Notes under the pieces: generated by a model
The model's database searches: none
What the model saw: only the letters and a program-made list of their open reading frames with translations
What the model was told of the DNA's origin: nothing
In this document: piece by piece, positions 51,753-58,859 of the stretch
Layout of the letters: every line of letters starts with the position of its first letter
Numbering within the stretch: position 1 is the stretch's first letter
Program-made: the position numbers and the translations under genes
Origin: an uncultured Candidatus Saccharibacteria bacterium
Lineage (GTDB): Bacteria > Patescibacteriota > Minisyncoccia > Phycocordibacterales > PALSA-1337
Direction of reading: 5' to 3'
NCBI GenBank assembly: GCA_964558375.1
Contig: CAZLCD010000002.1
Coordinates: 1-58,859 of the forward strand
Length of the DNA: 58,859 nucleotides

Positions 51753-53765
51753 TTATACCATCCTTTTTTTCAAAGCAATAATCTCATCTCTGATAATAGC
51801 AGCAGCCTCAAAATCCAGCTCTTTTACAGCATTATTCATCTCTTCTTCTTTCATTTTCATTAGCTTCTTTGGGTTCTGCTTAAACATTTCTTCGTCCATC
51901 TTTAGAAGTTCGGTAACGGTCTTATCGTGCTCAGTTTTTAAGTGATCTGTGATATCTTGAATCTTTTTTATAATAGTCTTCGGAGTGATGCCATGTTTGG
52001 TATTGTAATCTGTTTGGATTTTTCTACGACGCTCAGTTTCTTTTATAGCATATCGTAGCGCATCATTCATAATGTCAGCATAGAGGATGACTCGGCCATT
52101 TATATTTCTTGCCGCACGGCCGATGATCTGTATGAGTGATGTTTCAGATCTTAGGAAACCAGCTTTATCTGCATCCAGAATTCCGATAAGCGAAACTTCT
52201 GGAAGATCCAACCCCTCTCGTAATAGGTTAACCCCCACAAGCACATCAAACTTCCCTCTTCTAAATTCAGTTAGTATGGTTATACGATCGATAGTTTTAA
52301 TATCACTGTGTAGATATTCGGCTTTAATATTCTTTTCTTTTAAAAATTCACTAAGATCTTCAGCCATCTTTTTTGTAAGGGTTGTCGCTATAACCCTATC
52401 TCCTTTCTTGATTACTTTCTCAGCCTCCTCAATAAAATCATAGATCTGTCCTTTATAGTTACCCTTTTCTACTACAGGTCTAACTTCTATTACTGGATCG
52501 ATAAGTCCTGTCGGACGTATTACTTGCTCCACTATCTGCTCACTATGTTCTTTTTCGAACTTACCTGGAGTAGCGGTGGTATAAATAACTTGATGCACAG
52601 CCTCCTCAAATTCTTCAAACTTCATTGGACGATTATCCTTTGCTGAAGGAAGACGAAAGCCGAAGTCTATAAGGGTCTCTTTTCTCGAAGCATCACCAGC
52701 GTACATACCACCGAGTTGTGGAACAGTCACATGGGATTCATCTATGACGGTTAGGAAATCTGGCGTTCCATCCGCCTTGTGCGGAAAATATGCAAGCAAA
52801 GAATCTGGTGCCTCACCAGCTTTCTTACCAGAAAAATGTCTGGAATAATTTTCAATACCATTACAATATCCAACCTCACGTATGAGCGCGAGGTCATATT
52901 TTACTCGACGCTTCAGTCTCTCTGCTTCGAGCATCTTACCTGCTTTCTCTAGTTCTTTTAGTCTAGATTCTAGTTCAGATTTTATGGTATTAAAAGCTTT
53001 TTTGCTTTGCTCATCTGTACTTATAAAGTGCTTGGCTGGAAAAAGAAAAATAGTTTCATGTGTCCCTCTGACTGCCATAGTCACAGGATCAAGTTCTATA
53101 ATATTTGAAATTATACTACTATCGTATTCTATTCTATATACCGTCCTATCACTTACAGGCATGATCTCTATCATATTTCCTAGAGCGCGAAATTGCCCAG
53201 CCTTAAGATCTGCATTGGTTCTTTCGAAGTGAATGTCGATGAGTTTGCGTATAAGCTCTGTTCGAGAGAGATCCATCCCTTTTGAAATTTTTAAATTGAC
53301 CTTTTCATATTCTGCTGGACTACCCAAACCATAGATACAAGAAACAGATGCGACAATTATCACATCTTTGCGAGTCAACAAAGCTTGAGTAGAGGCATGA
53401 CGAAGACGATCTATCTCTTCATTTATCATCGCTTCTTTTTCGATATAGGTATCAGTTACTGGCATATAAGCTTCTGGCTGATAATAGTCATAGTAAGAGA
53501 CGAAATAATGCACAGCATTGTCCGGAAAAAATTCTTTATATTCTTGAGCGAGTTGAGCGGCAAGTGTTTTGTTGTGAGCTATAACAAGGGTTGGTTTGCC
53601 ATGATTGGCGATAACATTGGCGACAGTGAAAGTTTTACCAGATCCTGTCACGCCAAAGAGCGTCTGTTTCTTCATGCCCTTTTTAAGCCCTTTTGTAAGA
53701 GCTTCTATGGCTTTTGGCTGATCCCCGGCTGGAGACATAGATTGTGAGATATTGAAGAGAGACAT
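51753..53765 (-). CDS. uvrB: Excinuclease ABC subunit UvrB
   Basis: GDQPKAI, Walker A GVTGSGKTFT, DESH and the C-terminal UVR domain ELDFEAAAIIRDEI. Confidence 0.95.
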   Translation of the reverse strand: MSLFNISQSMSPAGDQPKAIEALTKGLKKGMKKQTLFGVTGSGKTFTVANVIANHGKPTLVIAHNKTLAAQLAQEYKEFFPDNAVHYFVSYYDYYQPEAYMPVTDTYIEKEAMINEEIDRLRHASTQALLTRKDVIIVASVSCIYGLGSPAEYEKVNLKISKGMDLSRTELIRKLIDIHFERTNADLKAGQFRALGNMIEIMPVSDRTVYRIEYDSSIISNIIELDPVTMAVRGTHETIFLFPAKHFISTDEQSKKAFNTIKSELESRLKELEKAGKMLEAERLKRRVKYDLALIREVGYCNGIENYSRHFSGKKAGEAPDSLLAYFPHKADGTPDFLTVIDESHVTVPQLGGMYAGDASRKETLIDFGFRLPSAKDNRPMKFEEFEEAVHQVIYTTATPGKFEKEHSEQIVEQVIRPTGLIDPVIEVRPVVEKGNYKGQIYDFIEEAEKVIKKGDRVIATTLTKKMAEDLSEFLKEKNIKAEYLHSDIKTIDRITILTEFRRGKFDVLVGVNLLREGLDLPEVSLIGILDADKAGFLRSETSLIQIIGRAARNINGRVILYADIMNDALRYAIKETERRRKIQTDYNTKHGITPKTIIKKIQDITDHLKTEHDKTVTELLKMDEEMFKQNPKKLMKMKEEEMNNAVKELDFEAAAIIRDEIIALKKRMV

Positions 53766-53772
53766 AAATAGA

Positions 53773-54486
53773 CTATATCACATTTTCTATCTGCTCCAAT
53801 ACCCCATCAGTCACCTTTGCTTTAATTGTTGAAGTAGCGTTCTCAAGTAATTGGTCGGAGTATTCGATAAAAATTACACCTTCATTTATAAGAATACTAT
53901 TAATGGTCCTTTTTTCTCCAAGGAAGATCAGATTTGTGCCCATACGACCACTAGTTGTTGCAAGTGCTGTAGATAGATAGTGCAGTACTCCCCTTTCTTC
54001 ATCAGCTCTTTTTATAATAAAAGCTACATCATCTTTACCATCGCTATTCAGATCCCCCAAGGCCTCAGTACCGAAGTATGTTTGTGGAACCTTGGGTGTA
54101 GCTTTTATAAATGAACTAACTTGAGCTACATTCATATCTGGAATAATGATCATTTGTTCTATACCTTTTTTTTGTTGAAGAAATATAATTACTACAAGTG
54201 CAAGAAAAATAAAAATAAAAACTGGAATTATTTTTCTATTATTTTTAATAATAAGACCAATTATTAATCCATATATTGTGTAGATGCAAACAAAGAAAAG
54301 AAATGTTGCGATAAGTAAGCTGCTATCTGGAATAGCTAAAGTATCAAAGATTGGTTTCAAAGAAACCCAATATAAGATATTACCCATGAATCCATCTGTA
54401 CCTATTATAAAGGTCATGTAGGCAGATACGACTACTCCTATTAAAAATCCGATAATTGTTGTCTCAAGAGTACTTAAGTTTTTCAT
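53773..54486 (-). CDS. Hypothetical membrane protein with a C-terminal extracytoplasmic domain
   Basis: Four TM segments, then a soluble part containing an FG-GAP/VCBS-like GDLNSDGKDDVAFI. Confidence 0.45.
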   Translation of the reverse strand: MKNLSTLETTIIGFLIGVVVSAYMTFIIGTDGFMGNILYWVSLKPIFDTLAIPDSSLLIATFLFFVCIYTIYGLIIGLIIKNNRKIIPVFIFIFLALVVIIFLQQKKGIEQMIIIPDMNVAQVSSFIKATPKVPQTYFGTEALGDLNSDGKDDVAFIIKRADEERGVLHYLSTALATTSGRMGTNLIFLGEKRTINSILINEGVIFIEYSDQLLENATSTIKAKVTDGVLEQIENVI

Positions 54487-54487
54487 A

Positions 54488-56218
54488 TCATTTTATTTTC
54501 TTAATTTTTTTCTCAACAAAACTATCGATTGTGTCTATATTGTCACGTAGTTCTCTAAATATCTTCTCTTCTTTCTTATTCAATGAACGATCTTCTTTTG
54601 CACCTTCGAGAATACTGAGTTGTCTACTAAGTTCATCTTTGAATGCCATCATTACCTTATGAACATCATGTATTGTAATATCCAAATCTTTTTTCATTCT
54701 TTTCTTCAAACCAAAGAAACTGTGCCATCCTATGTATGCTAATAGTAATATAAATAGAACCATTATAGAGATAAGTATCACCATGGATAGAGCTAGAGTT
54801 ATATCTTTAGTATTTTTGACAAAATTGGTATCAACAACTCTTAGAAGAATTTTATTAGAGACTGGACTTTTTATATCGTTTTCAAATGAAATCTGTGACC
54901 ATACATTATAGTTACCCGTAGACTTGAATTCTGGAATAGAGAATAGGAAGGAACCATTGGTATCAGAAATTGTTCTGTAGGTTTTTGTGTTGCCGTCTTC
55001 ATTTTCGATATAAATATCGATATTTGATTGTGGATAATTAGATGTACCGATTACTTGAGCGGTGTTATTTTTGAAAATACTTTCTGATTCAAGTTTGATT
55101 TTAGGGCCAATTATTTCAGAACTAGTATAAGTAGTATTGGTCTCGCTATGATTCCCTGCTTTATCATATACAATTGCAGATAAATTATGTTCCCCACTAT
55201 TTTCAATTGGCAATAGATATTCACTATTCTTACCCAAAAGGTCCTTACTTACTCTGAAGGCTGGTTTATTATCTATTTTGAAAGAGAATGAGTCTACACC
55301 AGAACTCGCATCTAAGGCTGAGATATAGACAATGTCCCTAAATTCCTCATTCTTTACATCGATAGAAAAGTTTTCTGGAGGTACCCTATCAACTTGAACT
55401 TTGTAGTGCGCTATCGGTCCAGCACCTGATTCATTTACATATCTTAGATGAAAATATGATACACCTTCAGCTAGATTACTTATTGTTTTTTGAGATACAG
55501 AACTATCATAGTTAATAGTTGGTGTTGAATTGGATATTCTTCCTAATAGAGTCTGTATCGATACTGTCCCTTCTGGAACAACCCAACTAAAAGAGGCGTT
55601 ACTACTAGAATACCAAACGTCCTGTTGTGGGTGTGTAGAGGATACTATCGTAGGTTTAACCGGTACACCCTTCTTTTCTAGTTGATTATTTGGAACTGGT
55701 ACCTGAACTACAGAACCTATGTCTATGGTGGCAGACTGTTTTGATGTGAGGATATTTGTACCAAAGCCATCGTTTTCTCTAACAGCAGAATCACCAAACA
55801 CTATAGATGCGATACCCTGTTTCTTTGCTCGAAATACGATAGAGGCAATTTCTCCATTTTCACCCGCAAATCCAGGGTTTGGTATACCACCATTAAATGT
55901 AATTTTACCTTCTTGATTGGAAAACTTCGGATCTTCTACCCACAAAGAGAATATAGATGAGCTTTTATTTATCGATACAACCTCCAATAGATCTACGGGG
56001 AATTGAATTATTCCATCTGAATTATTTATTGTTTTACCACTCGTACTAACTATAACTTTTGTAGATATAATATTACCACTCGAAACTTTTGAGGTAACTG
56101 GTGTTATCGATAACGTTGCAGCATTTGTTACCTTTAAAAAACAGACAGAGAAAAGTAGTATGATTGCTGTAGAAGCAAATAACCCGATTGTACTTTTTTT
56201 ATTCAACAGTTGAAGCAT
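54488..56218 (-). CDS. Cohesin-like domain surface protein with Ig-like region, C-terminal TM anchor and cytoplasmic coiled-coil tail
   Basis: After the signal anchor comes LSITPVTSKVSSGNIISTKVIVSTSGKTINNSDGIIQFPVDLLEVVSI...FSLW...EGKITFNGGIPNPGF.GENGEIASIVFRAKKQGIASIVF. This is the pattern of cohesin-domain proteins. A TM segment lies near residue 500. Confidence 0.6.
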   Translation of the reverse strand: MLQLLNKKSTIGLFASTAIILLFSVCFLKVTNAATLSITPVTSKVSSGNIISTKVIVSTSGKTINNSDGIIQFPVDLLEVVSINKSSSIFSLWVEDPKFSNQEGKITFNGGIPNPGFAGENGEIASIVFRAKKQGIASIVFGDSAVRENDGFGTNILTSKQSATIDIGSVVQVPVPNNQLEKKGVPVKPTIVSSTHPQQDVWYSSSNASFSWVVPEGTVSIQTLLGRISNSTPTINYDSSVSQKTISNLAEGVSYFHLRYVNESGAGPIAHYKVQVDRVPPENFSIDVKNEEFRDIVYISALDASSGVDSFSFKIDNKPAFRVSKDLLGKNSEYLLPIENSGEHNLSAIVYDKAGNHSETNTTYTSSEIIGPKIKLESESIFKNNTAQVIGTSNYPQSNIDIYIENEDGNTKTYRTISDTNGSFLFSIPEFKSTGNYNVWSQISFENDIKSPVSNKILLRVVDTNFVKNTKDITLALSMVILISIMVLFILLLAYIGWHSFFGLKKRMKKDLDITIHDVHKVMMAFKDELSRQLSILEGAKEDRSLNKKEEKIFRELRDNIDTIDSFVEKKIKKIK

Positions 56219-57116
56219 TTTTTTTACTCCTTCTTATTTTTTTGAAAATGAATCTTAAGATAATGATCACTATAACTACTGTGATTATAGATATCCATGA
56301 TATACCACTATCTGCAGAAGTCGGATACTTAGCTATTTTTTTGTTACCAGCTTTATCATATGCTGTAACATTTAATACGACGTCATCAGTTTGATTCTTT
56401 AAAACATAAGTACTACCACTTCTTATAAAAGGGTTACCGTCTTCTGAAACCTCGTAGTGACTGATACCAGATTGATTGTCTAGTGCACTGAAGAAAGCAA
56501 ATTTCTTATTTTCGAAGAGGTTTTTGTCTTGTCCTAGGACAATGATAAAGTCTTCCGGTGGTAGGACATCCGACACCACTAGCTCTTTCCATTCATCGTT
56601 TATTTGTACATCATTTTTTCTAGGAACAACATTTATAGTCAGATCCCTTACTACTTTTGCAGATATTCTTGTTCCTTTTCCGTCATTAGCAAAAGCAAAA
56701 ACATTTTTTGGAGAAATAACCATACTTCCCTCTTTCTTGGCTTCAATTATTATCTTGAATAAAGTTGCACCTTCTATACTAAAGCCTCCTGGCACACCCG
56801 CTACGAAAGAAATCGTATTATTATCTTTTGATAGTGATGGTGTTCTTGGCCATAGTCCAAAAGAAGAGTTTGCCAGACTAAATTCTTTTACAGCAAAAGC
56901 ACCGTTTGTCGATTTTAGAGCAATCTCTCCATCAATAGTATTTAGAACTGATCCATCAGAATTTACTTTAACAGAAACAATCAGAGTATCCCCTACAGAT
57001 ATAGTGTTCTTAGAAGATTCTATGTATACACCAGCAGCCGAAACACTTGCTGGAATTAACACTAGGGACAAAAGTATTGAAGCTAATAAATAATTTAATT
57101 TTATATATTTTTTCAT
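56199..57116 (-). CDS. Cohesin-like domain surface protein with C-terminal TM anchor
   Basis: A signal peptide is followed by VYIESSKNTISVGDTLIVSVKVNSDGSVLNTIDGEIAL...FGLW...NTISFVAGVPGGFSIEGATLFKIIIEAKKEGSMVI. The C-terminal TM segment is followed by basic residues. Confidence 0.6.
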   Translation of the reverse strand: MKKYIKLNYLLASILLSLVLIPASVSAAGVYIESSKNTISVGDTLIVSVKVNSDGSVLNTIDGEIALKSTNGAFAVKEFSLANSSFGLWPRTPSLSKDNNTISFVAGVPGGFSIEGATLFKIIIEAKKEGSMVISPKNVFAFANDGKGTRISAKVVRDLTINVVPRKNDVQINDEWKELVVSDVLPPEDFIIVLGQDKNLFENKKFAFFSALDNQSGISHYEVSEDGNPFIRSGSTYVLKNQTDDVVLNVTAYDKAGNKKIAKYPTSADSGISWISIITVVIVIIILRFIFKKIRRSKKNASTVE

Positions 57117-57134
57117 ATTATTTTTTAATAATTA

Positions 57135-58859
57135 TTATTTTTTACCCCACTCATACAAAAGTATGGAGAAATCTACAGAGTCTATTTTAGCATCTTTATT
57201 AATATCTACATACTTATTACTAAATGGTGATATGGTTTTCCAGAAATACAATAGTATAGAGAAGTCGATGGAGTTTATTTTGTCGTCACAATTGAAATCT
57301 GCCCTTCTACAATTGTCAGTTGCCGGTGGACTAGATGATCCCCCACCCCCACCACCTCCGCCTCCGCTAGGAGGATCTACTACGACATTACCGGCCGTTG
57401 CAGTAAATGAACGAGAAGCACCCGAACTATCTGTTCCGAAGTAAACTATCATTTTAAAGTAATAGTTACCTGCATCTGGAACTAGTGCAGTAAGCGTTGT
57501 ATTGAAATCTTCACCAGAATTTATATATTTTGCAGCTGTACCATGGAATACATCGTCTCCACCACCACAAGTATTATTAGAACCTGAAACTACACACCAT
57601 TCATACTGATATTCATATCCAGTTAGTCCTTCGTTAGTTATAGTAACGTTTGCTGCTATTTCTGGTGTTACTGTATCTGAAATACTATTTACAATAACTT
57701 GAGCTGGAGCTGTCACAACTGTCCAATAGTCATTACCTGGCAAGGTCTTACCACTCTCTACTGTTGCTGAAAATACAGTCTCCCATGTTCCTGCTGGAGC
57801 ATTTCCTGCTGTTGTATACGAGTAAGTATATGTACCTACATCTGTTCTTGTCATCGCAACACCATTGGCAATGACGTTTCTACTAGGATCATAGATAGTT
57901 ACTGTTGGTGTATTTAGTGAATCTGTGAGTGTTCCGTTATAAACAGTCGTTAGTGTAGCTAGGTAGTTACTTCCTGCTGTTATTGTACCAAAATCAGATG
58001 AGGAGACTGTCCATGGTGATTGAGAGGATAGAGTTAGAGAAGTCAATGTTCTGGTTGTAGCATTCCATATATCAGAGGCTATAGAAGACATTGAAGTTAG
58101 TGTCCTTACACTTGAAGACCATATCGCTGCTGGAAGTGATGCAAATAATGAACTTGAAGCTGTAGTGATAGTTGAAGCTGTACTTGCTGTACCTGCACTG
58201 ATTGCAGCGGCAATTGATGAGCTAGCTGAGTTGGTATTAGCATTAACTGCAGTTGTAATACCTGAAGTCTGGGTATTTGTATTTGCATTGATTACAGCTG
58301 CGAGAGATGAGCTAGCGGTAGTAAGGTCTGAAAGAGTTGCTAGAGAACCTGAAGTTAGAGTGCCGTCAGTTAGATTACGTGTAGCATATGACCAAACATC
58401 TGCAGCTGAAATTCCTCCAGATGAAGTTAGAGTACGTGTACCGTTTGCCCAAATGTCAGAGACTAGAGTACCGAATGTTGTAAGTGATCTAGAAGTACTA
58501 GACCATACAGCTGTAGGGATTGTTGCCGCTAGAGATGAAGAGGCGGTGAGGATGGTGGCGTTTGTATTTGAGTTGATACTTGATATAGCAGATGTGATGT
58601 TTGAAGCATTAGTTGCTGTACCTGCGGCGATCTGTGATCCAATACTTGTAGAAGCTGTAAGGATAGCTGAGTCGGTGTTTGAGTTAACTGTAGAAGCAAT
58701 ACCTGAAATACTTGAACCTAGAGATGTACTTGCAGTCAACACTGTAGAGTTGGTGTTCGAGTTAACTGAAGCTGTACCTGCAGTAATGGCAGAAGCGATA
58801 GAGGTTGAAGCTGTAGTGATAGTTGAAGCTGTACTTGCTGTACCTGCACTGATTGCAGC
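57135..58859 (-). CDS. Repetitive Ser/Thr/Ala-rich surface protein with poly-Gly linker and C-terminal dockerin-like module; the N-terminus lies beyond the window end
   Basis: The reading frame stays open for all 39 codons from 58742 to the window edge. The C-terminus has two Ca-loop repeats, DFNCDDKINSIDFSILL and DINKDAKIDSVDFSILL, matching the dockerin pattern D-x-N-x-D-x-x-I-x-x-x-D-x-x-x-L. Confidence 0.7.
   Translation of the reverse strand, partial: AAISAGTASTASTITTASTSIASAITAGTASVNSNTNSTVLTASTSLGSSISGIASTVNSNTDSAILTASTSIGSQIAAGTATNASNITSAISSINSNTNATILTASSSLAATIPTAVWSSTSRSLTTFGTLVSDIWANGTRTLTSSGGISAADVWSYATRNLTDGTLTSGSLATLSDLTTASSSLAAVINANTNTQTSGITTAVNANTNSASSSIAAAISAGTASTASTITTASSSLFASLPAAIWSSSVRTLTSMSSIASDIWNATTRTLTSLTLSSQSPWTVSSSDFGTITAGSNYLATLTTVYNGTLTDSLNTPTVTIYDPSRNVIANGVAMTRTDVGTYTYSYTTAGNAPAGTWETVFSATVESGKTLPGNDYWTVVTAPAQVIVNSISDTVTPEIAANVTITNEGLTGYEYQYEWCVVSGSNNTCGGGDDVFHGTAAKYINSGEDFNTTLTALVPDAGNYYFKMIVYFGTDSSGASRSFTATAGNVVVDPPSGGGGGGGGGSSSPPATDNCRRADFNCDDKINSIDFSILLYFWKTISPFSNKYVDINKDAKIDSVDFSILLYEWGKK

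Noticed and set aside
57335-57368. A C-rich tract (poly-Gly codons on the minus strand) as a slipped-strand phase-variation site
   Set aside because: The tract has mixed GGN codons and homopolymer runs of at most five, which is too short and interrupted for typical contingency-locus slippage. It is better read as a flexible Gly linker before the dockerin module.
1-58859. Alternative genetic code (UGA as Gly or Trp), as in some CPR or Mollicutes lineages
   Set aside because: Conserved genes are intact under the standard code, and several end in TGA, for example the NUDIX/HAD ATGA overlap. I saw no in-frame TGA interrupting recognisable proteins.

Overview
This window is an AT-rich bacterial chromosomal segment. 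It uses the standard genetic code: TGA acts as a stop and I saw no in-frame TGA in conserved genes. The gene content and gene sizes look like a reduced-genome Patescibacteria/CPR (Parcubacteria-like) organism, but that assignment is inference only. All protein calls rest on motifs I recognised by eye in the supplied translations. No database search was run.

**Housekeeping backbone**
- Cell division and wall genes: ftsZ, ftsA, murG, ftsW, ddl.
- DNA replication, recombination and segregation genes: scpA, scpB, dnaB, recR, rmuC.
- The uvrC-uvrA-(tandem receiver)-uvrB block.
- Short-form aminoacyl-tRNA synthetases: valS, cysS, gltX, aspS, trpS, plus a HisRS-like protein with degenerate catalytic motifs.
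- Ribosomal proteins S21, L21, L9, L27 and an S1-repeat protein.
- Also pth, lepB, ybeY and trxB.

**Most unusual structure: the tRNA loci**
- tRNA-Glu (1091-1162, + strand) and tRNA-Ala (46010-46082, - strand) are each followed by the same kind of roughly 140-150 nt mini-element.
- Each mini-element has a strong terminator hairpin, then a conserved GC-rich box of about 40 nt that I could not assign to a known RNA or coding frame. It ends in GACCGA fused to a copy of that particular tRNA's own 3' end.
- Further copies of the tRNA 3' ends delimit accessory segments at about 1163-6021 and 43280-46009.
- Their cargo includes a Schlafen/AlbA_2-like protein, a NUDIX hydrolase, a PEP-CTERM beta-propeller and several orphan genes. 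No integrase is visible in the window.

**Other notable items**
- A surface gene cluster at the 3' end holds two membrane-anchored cohesin-like proteins and a long repetitive dockerin-bearing protein that runs off the window.
- Several small, visibly more GC-rich stand-alone genes have their own promoter and terminator. Two of them share a leader hairpin over the ribosome-binding site.
- There are two orphan promoter/terminator units that may be small RNAs.
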